DNA of 64,000 nucleotides from Sedimentisphaerales bacterium (GTDB lineage: Bacteria > Planctomycetota > Phycisphaerae > Sedimentisphaerales > Anaerobacaceae), in assembly GCA_963708075.1 (NCBI GenBank), contig OY970194.1:4512001-4576000 (forward strand). The letters are read 5' to 3'. Positions 20,009-28,577 of this stretch are shown here, in pieces (the first letter of the stretch is position 1; every line of letters starts with the position of its first letter). Under the pieces are notes generated by a model. That model did not search any database. It was not told the DNA's origin and was given only the letters and a program-made list of their open reading frames with translations. Position numbers and translations under genes: made by a program.

Positions 20009-20523
20009 ACGACAGAGTTATGTGTGGCTCTTTCTTTTTTTTCTCAGCCGCGCCTTGCCGCCGTCCGAGCTGCAAACCACTTCTGTGATGCAGACTTCCA
20101 GTGGACGGTCCAGGCTCAAGCTAAGATGGCCTTGCCGGCCTCAGCTTCGAGCCACGTTCACTAGCTCATCACCCTTTGCATCGGCGGACCGCATTTGATT
20201 TCTTGAGGCATTTTTCCGGAGGCGTTCCAGCCGGCCGGAACGACAATTTCAATACGGATAACGCCACTCTTATCCGCCGGGCCTTAGACATCCGTCGCGG
20301 CCTGCCTGGTCTGCCAAAAAGGGACCCGGCAAGTCTTGACCCAGGCCAACCAGCCTACTCAGCTTAAACCCGATAAGTGTACTCTCTATCCCGCAAGTTC
20401 TCTTCCTCGTCACCAGAGAATGATGCAGGAATTTAGAAAAATCTCAAGAAAACCATCTACATCCACGCAGGCTTCTACGCCTTAAATCGCAGAAACGCAG
20501 TGGTGTGTGGATCGCTACCGCAA

Positions 20524-20749
20524 GACCTGACCGATTTGGAGCACCGCCTGTCATCCTTTGCCCCCTGGGGCGCCATTCCTGGGGATCTACCTGAGGCGGT
20601 GCTCCTTCCCTTTCTGATGAGCCGCGGATGGCTCGAAAAGAAAGCCCCTCTCGCCGTTGCCACAGCAGAACGCTCCCGGGCAACGAGGAGAGGGGCTCAT
20701 GTTCTATGAACGAGTCTTACCACTGCGGTCCGCGCCGCAGACGCAGGTC
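20524..20749. other. Cluster of consecutive stable hairpins, candidate structured RNA or paired terminators
   Basis: 12-bp perfect IR at 20538-20549/20594-20605; CTTTCT+GAGCC hairpin at 20610-20644; 10+7-bp stem at 20643-20697; 6-bp stem at 20723-20740. Confidence 0.45.
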
Positions 20750-20861
20750 AATACCCAACCCTGCCCCAGACGGCCTTTTGCATGGATCAGACAGCAGAGT
20801 CTCTATGATTGCACCAGGGCCCGTGGCAAACCAGGCGGAATGGCTTTGAACATCCTGGCTC

Positions 20862-20890
20862 TTGACTCGGATCAGCCGCCCGTGTATAAA
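20862..20890 (+). promoter_or_regulatory. Sigma70-like promoter
   Basis: TTGACT-17 nt-TATAAA upstream of 20933. Confidence 0.6.
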
Positions 20891-20932
20891 GGGCCTGCCG
20901 AACAGAAATGAGTCCACACGGGAATCTGGTGC

Positions 20933-21199
20933 ATGGCTGACAAGCAGAGAAACACCTGGACCGCGAAGTTCAGGAGGACCTTGACCTGTATGCTGCCGGT
21001 CTCGCCGCAGAGGCGAGGCCAGTGCATAAACTGCGGCGCCTGTTGCCGGCTGCCGAACCTCTGTCCGTTCCTCAAAACCAACGGGGACGGCAAAGGTTAC
21101 TGCGGCATCTACCCGCTTCGCCCGCTCAACTGCCGCAAGTACCCGCGCACCGACGCCGAGCACATCACCAAAGACACCTGCGGCTTCCACTTCGAATGA
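20933..21199 (+). CDS. Small cysteine-cluster protein (YkgJ-like, Zn- or Fe-S-binding)
   Basis: CINCGACC...CPFL...CGIYPLRPLNCRKYP pattern. Confidence 0.8.
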   Translation: MADKQRNTWTAKFRRTLTCMLPVSPQRRGQCINCGACCRLPNLCPFLKTNGDGKGYCGIYPLRPLNCRKYPRTDAEHITKDTCGFHFE

Positions 21200-21203
21200 T
21201 AGA

Positions 21204-21659
21204 GTGAGAACGACAATGGGCAGAAAGAGCACGCGGAAGCTCAAGCGAAGATACCGCTTCTTTCTCAGTCCTTACGAGCAATATGCGTTCACGCGGTGCC
21301 CGCGGTGTGAGGGCAAGACCAATGTTCGCAGATTTCCGCTCGCCATCCATATCGAGGCCGACCCGATCCAGCTTTTCATTCTGAACAAGACCTGCCGCTA
21401 CTGCACACGGTGCGAGTTGATCATTGCGAAGAAGTCCGACGTGGAATCCCTGCTGGCGGCCGCATTTGAGCGGCGAAGGCCGGAGATCGTGGGCAACGAG
21501 TATTTTATTTTCGGTGTGCTCGAACAAAAGGATTGGCAGCAAAGCAACAAAGGCAAGCTATCACAAGGCGATGCTGTGGAGCGAGCGATCTTCTTCAAGG
21601 AGGTCTTGAACTTTGAGGTCATTCCCGCCGGGTGGTACCCCGATCCGAGTCGCCAATGA
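21204..21659 (+). CDS. Hypothetical protein with Cys pairs (possible zinc ribbon)
   Basis: CPRC and CRYCTRC; follows 21199 by 4 nt; start could be 21216. Confidence 0.65.
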   Translation: MRTTMGRKSTRKLKRRYRFFLSPYEQYAFTRCPRCEGKTNVRRFPLAIHIEADPIQLFILNKTCRYCTRCELIIAKKSDVESLLAAAFERRRPEIVGNEYFIFGVLEQKDWQQSNKGKLSQGDAVERAIFFKEVLNFEVIPAGWYPDPSRQ

Positions 21660-21816
21660 CAGAATCCTTCCCTGCCGCCAACAACTGTCAGAGGCTACAG
21701 GGAAATCGCGCCCGACATTGACGTACTTGCACATGTCCGATTAGGATGAGCACGCGTTGCCCGGGCAATTTCATCTCGTGTGTCCCTGGGTGCAAAAGCT
21801 GAATAGGAGTCGCTGC

Positions 21817-22450
21817 ATGGCGCAGGATGAACAGGTGCTGGTGGTCGAACGCAAGGTAGTCGAGCAGGAGGGGATGTTCCACGGACTGATGTTCGACGTG
21901 GAACGGTACGTGCGGAAGATCTTCGCTCCGGGCGTGCCTCGCTTCATGCGGCGGTCGCAGGCGGAAACCGATCCCAACTATAAGCAGATCATTCCGTACG
22001 TGATCATGACGCACAGCGGCAAATACCTGAGCTACGTTCGCGGCCGGCGGGCGGGCGAGACCCGGCTGGTCGGCAACCGGTCCATCGGCATCGGAGGCCA
22101 CATCAATCCCGGCGACGACCTGCCCCTGTTCAATGCCGATTTTTACGACACGTATGTCACCGCCGTGGAGCGAGAGGTGGCGGAGGAAGTCATCGTGGAC
22201 GCCGGGCACACGGATCGCGTGGTCGCCCTGCTCAACGACGATTCCAACCCTGTGGGACAGGTGCACCTCGGAATCGTCCACGGCTGGACGCTCGAGACGC
22301 CGAACGTCACCCGGCGCGAGCAGATGATCACGCAGTTGAGCTTCATGGCCCCCGCCGAGCTGCGCAGTCCGCGACAACATGGAAACATGGTCGCAGCTAT
22401 GCCTCGACGGCCTCGATGAGATCACCAAACGTCTGCAGCATCCCGCATAG
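21817..22450 (+). CDS. NUDIX-like predicted phosphoesterase, frameshifted near the 3' end
   Basis: AETDPNYKQIIPY, SIGIGGHIN, REVAEE and GQVHLG; the conserved tail (METWSQLCL) resumes in another frame after about 22365 and stops at 22450. Confidence 0.8.
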
Positions 22451-22580
22451 GACGCAGGCCGCTGCGCCTTCCACATCATCGCGGCCGAGGCAGTCTCCTT
22501 TGTCTCAGGAAACGAAATCGCTCCGGCCCAGTGGACCGGGCGGCACCGCCAGGTGCTGATTGTGTCGTCGGCCCACTCGG

Positions 22581-22665
22581 CCTGGGTGCCATGCTTACGC
22601 TTGCGTAAGCATGTTGTGCCCATCGAATCGAACATGTCTACGCGAACGTAGACATGGCGCTCAGG
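22581..22665. repeat. GGGTG-headed REP-like inverted doublet
   Basis: CCTGGGTGC-CATGCTTACGC-TT-GCGTAAGCATG and the inverted CATGTCTACG-CGAA-CGTAGACATG-GCGCTCAGG. Confidence 0.7.
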
Positions 22666-22939
22666 CAAACGAGGTCGTCCTGGAATGGGCGAACAAGAAC
22701 AGCATGGGCTGAAAGCTCATCCTGCATCTGTTGTGACCGGAACCAGGAGTCAGGCAATCCCTGGGCGTTTCGCGAGGAAAAAACGAAGGGGAAGTTGAGG
22801 ATTCCCCTACTTTGCCGGCGCGGGCACGACGGCCAGAATACAGGATGCAGGATTGTGGAGCCGCCGGGAAGACTTCGGCCAGTGGCGTTAAGGCAAGGCG
22901 GCCACTCCATTCGTTTTGCTTTTCGATGGGAGCGGGCGT

Positions 22940-23377
22940 ATGGAATACGAGGAATTCATCGGCCGGGTGCAGGAAAGGGCGGAGTTGGACTCGCCCAAGG
23001 AAGCTGCCGCAGCCGTAAAGGCGACGTTGGGGACGCTTGGCGAAATGCTCTCGCCCAGGGAGCGGCACGACTTGGCGTCGGAGTTGACCAAGCCGCTGAA
23101 GGAGTGGCTCACGCTCTGGATGGAGCAGCCTGCCCGCGAGCTTACGAATCCTCATCGCTTCAACCTGGAGGAGTTCTACAACCGGGTTGCCGCCCGGTCG
23201 GAGGTCGGATATCCGGCCGCGATCAAACACAGCCAGGCCGTCGTACAGGTCCTCAGGGAAGCGGTCTCGGGCGGCGAGCTCCGGGATGTGCTGCGCGAGC
23301 TGCCGGAGGAGTACGAGGAGTTGCTCAGCGGCCAGCCCAGGGGGCCGGCGTCGCCATCGATTGTCAAACAGCCTTGA
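22940..23377 (+). CDS. DUF2267-like protein
   Basis: Duplicated EEF..RV...(A).AV...L.E..S..E..D....L module. Confidence 0.8.
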   Translation: MEYEEFIGRVQERAELDSPKEAAAAVKATLGTLGEMLSPRERHDLASELTKPLKEWLTLWMEQPARELTNPHRFNLEEFYNRVAARSEVGYPAAIKHSQAVVQVLREAVSGGELRDVLRELPEEYEELLSGQPRGPASPSIVKQP

Positions 23378-23391
23378 CTGAGTGAGACAAC

Positions 23392-23799
23392 ATGAGAGCG
23401 ACAGCGCAAGAACTCGAGCAGGTGATCCGTGCGGCCAGGCGATCTCGACAGGTCCTGCTGGCCACCGTCAATGAGGCCGGGGAGCCGTCCTTCACGCCCA
23501 TCCAGGAGTGCCGGCTGACCGACGAAACCCGCGTGTCCATCAAGGCCTGGACCGACATCCCGCCCCTGGAGAGCAGGGACGGGCACACCAAGATGGCACT
23601 GTTGATCTGGGATACGCGGGAAGGCCATGGATACCAGCTTGCCGGCCATGCCATCCGGTCGCAAACCAGCGCGCCGTTCAGCAGTTACACCCAGATCGAG
23701 GAGCAAGAGCATCTCCCGCAGGTCCAACGCGAAATCCTCATGGAGGTCGATTCCATCGAAGACCTGCAGTTCGGAGGCAGAGAGAGCTGGCAGTCATAG
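23392..23799 (+). CDS. Pyridoxamine-5'-phosphate-oxidase-like split-barrel protein
   Basis: VLLATVNEAGEP and ALLIWD...GYQLAG pattern; operonic position. Confidence 0.6.
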   Translation: MRATAQELEQVIRAARRSRQVLLATVNEAGEPSFTPIQECRLTDETRVSIKAWTDIPPLESRDGHTKMALLIWDTREGHGYQLAGHAIRSQTSAPFSSYTQIEEQEHLPQVQREILMEVDSIEDLQFGGRESWQS

Positions 23800-23819
23800 A
23801 AGCGCATGAGGTTCATCCA

Positions 23820-24491
23820 ATGGAAACGCACACAGACCAGAATACGAAGAGCCAGGACGTCGAGATCCGTATCGCCGATGTGACGCTGCATGGGATCCTG
23901 GCGATCCCCGATCAGGCACAGGCGATTGTGCTCTTTGCGCACGGGGCAGGCAGCAGCCGCTTCAGCCCGCGAAATCAGTACGTCGCCCGCATCCTTCAAG
24001 GAGCCGGTCTGGCCACGCTGCTCATGGACCTGATGACAGAGCGTGAAGAACGTTCCGACGCGATCACCCGCACCTTGGCGTTCGACATTCCATTCCTGGC
24101 GGAGCGTGTGGAGGCGGCCACGGACTGGGTGCTGTCGAATGAGGCCACCCGGGACTTGCGGATCGGGTACTTCGGCGCCAGCACAGGCGCCGGGGCGGCC
24201 CTGATGGCGGCGGCTCACAAGCCCGACGTGGTGGGGGCGGTAGTCTCCCGCGGAGGCCGGCCGGATCTGGCGGCGGAGGTCCTTCCCGAAGTGAAAGCCC
24301 CCACTCTGCTCATCGTCGGAGGGTGGGACACGCCCGTGATCGAGATGAACCGCGAGGCGGCTGCTCTGTTGCAGGTCGAGAACAAGCTTGTCATCATCCC
24401 GGGCGCCACCCATCTCTTTGAAGAGCCCGGAACACTGGACGAGGTGGCGGACTACGCCTCGCAATGGTTCACGCAATACCTGACTGCGTGA
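23820..24491 (+). CDS. Dienelactone hydrolase-like alpha/beta hydrolase
   Basis: FAHGAGSSRFSPRN, GYFGASTGA, SRGGRPDL and GATHLFEE. Confidence 0.88.
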   Translation: METHTDQNTKSQDVEIRIADVTLHGILAIPDQAQAIVLFAHGAGSSRFSPRNQYVARILQGAGLATLLMDLMTEREERSDAITRTLAFDIPFLAERVEAATDWVLSNEATRDLRIGYFGASTGAGAALMAAAHKPDVVGAVVSRGGRPDLAAEVLPEVKAPTLLIVGGWDTPVIEMNREAAALLQVENKLVIIPGATHLFEEPGTLDEVADYASQWFTQYLTA

Positions 24492-24616
24492 GCGGTGGAC
24501 CCCTCAGGGACTCTTGAGGTCGTTCACCATGGCCAGAAACAAAGGCGCGCATAGGACTATCGGGTACGTCACCCCGTCTATGCGCGCCTTCCCCCCTATC
24601 ACCTGCAGACCCGATC

Positions 24617-24913
24617 TTATTGGATACCCATCTCCCGTTTCAGCTCTGCCTCCGCTTCGAACCAATTCTCCTTGTCCTCCCCGGGAGGGCACCCATGCCG
24701 TTTCCAGATGTCCTGTGCCCGCTGGGCGATCTGCTCGTGGGTGGGACTGGGCCGCCCGCCTCGTACCGATCCAGGCCGCTCCACTACTTCCCCTGCTTCC
24801 CCCCGCTTGGCCTGCGGCATCTCCTGCACCGCGGTCCCTTTTTCCTGCTCACCCCTGATCTTCGCCGATCGGGCGCCTCTGCCCGTTTCTTTTGAGGTCG
24901 CCTTCTTTGCCAT
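24617..24913 (-). CDS. DUF2934-like small protein
   Basis: IAQRAQDIW...G.P.G....NWFEAEAEL C-terminus; AAGGAG RBS. Confidence 0.8.
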   Translation of the reverse strand: MAKKATSKETGRGARSAKIRGEQEKGTAVQEMPQAKRGEAGEVVERPGSVRGGRPSPTHEQIAQRAQDIWKRHGCPPGEDKENWFEAEAELKREMGIQ

Positions 24914-25098
24914 AAAACCGCTCCTTCTCAATCCTTATTCACCATGTGCACGGCATACCGCCACTGGTGGGCAATGCTCATAGAACCTCAGCTATGCGGC
25001 CACAAACGACTCTCCTGTCTATGGCGCTCCAATAGCTCTACGCTACGGAGAGCCTCAGTGTAACGGCAACGCGACACAATTTGAAATCAGGAAAATGC

Positions 25099-27129
25099 TT
25101 AATGCGCACTGTTGACAGCCAGTATCCGCGCTGCGTGCTTTGACAAGCGGATAGGACGATCCGTCGGGATGATCTCATGACCGCCGGTGGTCGGGTCCAG
25201 GAGCGTCCATCCGCCTCTTGCCGATACAGTAAGTCGCAATTCCAGATCCTCGCCGCCCTCATTGAACAGCAGGTAGTAGTCTGTTCCCCCCTTCTGCACG
25301 TGCCGCACTCTCAGGTCTACCGTGTCCGGGGAAACCTGCACGTCCGGCGCAACCAGTTTATCAATCGCCTCAATCAACTGCGAATCGACCATTTCATTGT
25401 TCCAGCGGATGAGGCGCCCTGCGTTTGTCAGAGCCTCAATGGCAGGTTTCGCTTTCTCGGGCGGGTCCTCTTCGAGAATCAGCACGCGATAGTGCATCCC
25501 CGCCAGGCGGATGCCGTCTGCATCCACCCGGGCGTCTTCCCACAGGTGCCGTGCTTCGAGATAGTTGAAATCACGCTGGTGCTGGAAGCAGACCTTTGCG
25601 GCTCGCCACGGCAGCGAATCGTTCAACCCGAGAATCGCCAGCTCGCAGACGTGCCGGCTGTCCGTATTCAGCCAGCACAGGCGGGCGGTGGCCTGAGCGA
25701 AGGGCTTGTACTGGGACCACCACAGACTATTCGGCCCAACGTCCGGCGGGCGCTCGTCAATTCGCGGGCCACGAATCGAATAGAAGAACGCGTGCGGAAC
25801 GAGCAGGTTACAGCCTCGCACGAGCAGCCAGTTCATCAGCCACTTCATCTCGTCAAACGTCAGATCAGGTCCGTACGCCCCGCAGCACTCGTTCAAATTA
25901 CGTCGGCGCTTCAGGTGGATCATCGCCGAGGAGGCGCACTTGGCCTGCGTGGACTGGTCGCCCTCAAGAGCGTTGGGCTTGCCCGGCTCGATGTAACGCC
26001 AGACGATATCCTGACCGGGGATTTGGAAGTATCGTAACTGGCCGATGTCGTCCGGGCCCGCCGGATGGCCGGTGAGACAGACGCCATGCGCCTCGCACCA
26101 TTCGGAGATCTGGCGATAGAATGTTTGCTCCAGCCGCGCCTGCAGGGCGCGGCTGTAGTTGCGCCGATGCAGTGCCGCGTCCGGCTCGTCGTCATGCCAA
26201 AGGGCCGGCAAGTGCTCCGTGAAGTCATAGCCGAGAAAGGCGTTGACGTGTTGGAGGATGCCGGTCGTGCCCGGCATCATGCCCCGCTCGCCGCGCCTGG
26301 CCAACATCGATGGCTCGTCGGTGAAAATCGCTTTCACCGTCTTGCCGAAGTGCTTGCCGAACTCGTCATAGTATCGCTGATACACCAGCCGGATGAAGCA
26401 GGCGACGGATTCCGGATTCAGGATGTCCCCTCCGGCAGGCTGGTTCTCCGGCACTTCCTTGTGATCGGCCCGGCGAGGTGGGTCGTCCTGCGTGAAATGC
26501 AGGCCCCGGATGACCGAGTAGCCGTCCCGGGCCGCACGGTCGATGATCACGAGGCGATGGTTGTTGGACTTGCGTCGGATGGTCGCCACAAGGTTCTGAC
26601 CCGATGACAACTCCGGCTCGCCGTTGCCGCTAATCCGCACGCCCTGCACCTCGGTCCCCGGCTTGGCCGCTTCGAGATCGATGCACACCAGCCCTCGCGT
26701 GCGAAAGGCCGGATTCTCCGCCGGCACCTGCCCGCTCGACGAGCCGCTCGGGTACATCCCCTCGTCGTACAGGATCACCCACATGTCCCGCTCCGCCGCC
26801 CGCTCGATGGCGAACCGCATGAAGTGAATCATCCGCTCGCTCATCCACCCGATGCTCTTGGGCAGCCCGGCCCGCGGGTGGATCAGGAACGCCTGTACGC
26901 CGTGAGCCTTGAAGTCCTCGATCTGCCGAAGCAGCTCGGCTTCCGACAGCTCATCGTTCCAGAACCAGAACGGCGCCTGCGAAAACTCGCTCGGCGGATC
27001 GATCCACTCCTCCGGCAGCTTGACGCTCTTGCTTTCAGCCCCTGCCTGCCCCATAGCCGGTAGCGCAAACGCCGCCGCCCCAACTCCTACCGCCTCCAGA
27101 AACCGCCGTCGATTCAGTTGCTCTGACAT
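25099..27129 (-). CDS. Glycoside hydrolase, GH106-like, Tat-exported
   Basis: NRRRFLE; PFWFWN, LYDEGMYPSG, IFTDEP, LTGH and HAFFYS motifs. Confidence 0.75.
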   Translation of the reverse strand: MSEQLNRRRFLEAVGVGAAAFALPAMGQAGAESKSVKLPEEWIDPPSEFSQAPFWFWNDELSEAELLRQIEDFKAHGVQAFLIHPRAGLPKSIGWMSERMIHFMRFAIERAAERDMWVILYDEGMYPSGSSSGQVPAENPAFRTRGLVCIDLEAAKPGTEVQGVRISGNGEPELSSGQNLVATIRRKSNNHRLVIIDRAARDGYSVIRGLHFTQDDPPRRADHKEVPENQPAGGDILNPESVACFIRLVYQRYYDEFGKHFGKTVKAIFTDEPSMLARRGERGMMPGTTGILQHVNAFLGYDFTEHLPALWHDDEPDAALHRRNYSRALQARLEQTFYRQISEWCEAHGVCLTGHPAGPDDIGQLRYFQIPGQDIVWRYIEPGKPNALEGDQSTQAKCASSAMIHLKRRRNLNECCGAYGPDLTFDEMKWLMNWLLVRGCNLLVPHAFFYSIRGPRIDERPPDVGPNSLWWSQYKPFAQATARLCWLNTDSRHVCELAILGLNDSLPWRAAKVCFQHQRDFNYLEARHLWEDARVDADGIRLAGMHYRVLILEEDPPEKAKPAIEALTNAGRLIRWNNEMVDSQLIEAIDKLVAPDVQVSPDTVDLRVRHVQKGGTDYYLLFNEGGEDLELRLTVSARGGWTLLDPTTGGHEIIPTDRPIRLSKHAARILAVNSAH

Positions 27130-27275
27130 GCAAATATCCTCCAGGCTCATACGCCCTTGCGATTCACTATCCAATCAAACCCAACCGCTCCAGCATACCA
27201 CCGCCACCGACCGGTGCAAAGGACCGAGCCAATTGCGTTTTGCGCATCGCGGGCTACCAGCAGGATACTTGGCGT

Positions 27276-27304
27276 TTGCCTTTCCCACGACCTGCCCCTA
27301 CAAT
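27276..27304 (+). promoter_or_regulatory. Sigma70-like promoter
   Basis: TTGCCT-17 nt-TACAAT upstream of the nuclease gene. Confidence 0.45.
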
Positions 27305-27415
27305 AGGACCATGGATTTCGAGGCTATAGTCTCCCGTGTGACGGAGAACAAGTCGTGGTCGACGAATTCGTGAAGGTGACGTTGAATACCAGCGATTCTC
27401 TGGAGGTCCTACCCT

Positions 27416-28366
27416 ATGAGCGAGAGCATCTTTTCTACATACCGCGCTGGAGAAAATCGTGTCACCGGCTCTATCCTGGCTGTGCTTCGGTCGTTGTCTC
27501 TGCGCCGGTGCGAGAGGATTCTTGCTGCTTTGTTGGAGCAATCCGAATTTGAGCTCGTTCGTTTCCAGAACCAGGCGTCAAAAGGAAACGTCGGAGTCCC
27601 GGATGCAGAAATCAGCAGCAGCTTCCGCATCCTCATCGAAACCAAGATCAAGCCAAATGCACTGAAACAAGAACAACTTGCCCGGCACGTCCAACGATTT
27701 GAAGATGGTAGCGAGCAAATCCAGAGATTGCTGGTGCTCACCCCGGACATAGAGCGACCGGATGTTATCGAGGAGATGAAAGACTGTCGTGTCGGGTGGG
27801 CTTCCTTCGCAGCTCTGGATCAAGCCATCGAAGAGGTACTTGCAGACAAGGAAGAAGTGGTTTCTGAACGGGAGGCGTTCCTATTACGTGAGCTTCAGGG
27901 CATGCTGGAGGAAGAAGAACTGATCTCGTCCTCGAAAGATACCTTGGTTATTCCCGGCAAGCACGCATGGCCAGAGTACAACACATTCCACGCCTACATT
28001 TGTCAACCGAGAAGGTCTTTTCAGCAGGTCAGCCACATTGCCTTCTATACCGGAAACGAGATTCGGGAACTGGTCCCGCAGATTCTTGAATCACACGAAG
28101 AAGTTGAAATGACATATGGGAAATACGACGGAAAACTGGGAAGGCTGGTCGAGAATCTCCTGGACCGGAAATTGCGGACTGAAGGCAAGCTCTACAAAGT
28201 GATTCTCCTGACTCCCCCTGAGGACAGTCACACGGTCCATTTGGAGAAGCCAATTGAAAACGATCTCCAATCTGCAAGTGGACGGATCACTGCCTTCACC
28301 CAGAACCAGAGGTATGTCCGCCTGGACCAATTGAAGAGAGCACAAAAGACATCGGACCTGTGTTGA
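27416..28366 (+). CDS. PD-(D/E)XK superfamily nuclease-like protein
   Basis: GENRVT helix, PDAEI...ILIETK and QEQLARH; GGAGG RBS; visibly more A/T at third codon positions than its neighbours. Confidence 0.75.
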   Translation: MSESIFSTYRAGENRVTGSILAVLRSLSLRRCERILAALLEQSEFELVRFQNQASKGNVGVPDAEISSSFRILIETKIKPNALKQEQLARHVQRFEDGSEQIQRLLVLTPDIERPDVIEEMKDCRVGWASFAALDQAIEEVLADKEEVVSEREAFLLRELQGMLEEEELISSSKDTLVIPGKHAWPEYNTFHAYICQPRRSFQQVSHIAFYTGNEIRELVPQILESHEEVEMTYGKYDGKLGRLVENLLDRKLRTEGKLYKVILLTPPEDSHTVHLEKPIENDLQSASGRITAFTQNQRYVRLDQLKRAQKTSDLC

Positions 28367-28577
28367 GCAACTATGAACAAAGGGGACGGTGTGCACAGCA
28401 AACCCTACCGGCTGTCGCCGAAGCCGTGTGAATCCGCGAAATCCGTGTCTGAAAGATTCTTCTGCTTGTGTCGCCTGTGTATTCTGCGGCGAAGAGGCAG
28501 GATTGCGGAAATGGGGTGGGGCGGTATCATGGGGCGGGTCTGGAACTGGCAATGAGGTTCAGTGAGTGAGGTTTTCG

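Noticed and set aside
20072..20140. GCAAACC...GGACG resembling a c-di-GMP-I riboswitch (also GGCAAACC at about 20825)
   Set aside because: The GAAA tetraloop and the following GCAAAG element are missing
20614..20638. CTGATGA...CGAAA resembling a hammerhead ribozyme core
   Set aside because: GAGCC/GGCTC pairing consumes the core GA, the canonical stem II register is mismatched, and I found no stems I/III with an NUH site
20500..20709. 69-aa ORF across the hairpin cluster as a small protein or toxin
   Set aside because: No RBS, no transmembrane helix and atypical codon use; better explained as non-coding structure
28420..28500. Short ATCCGYG repeats and other degenerate 7-8-bp intergenic repeats (about 875, 3385, 14355, 22840)
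   Set aside because: Only two or three degenerate units each; too weak to define from this window
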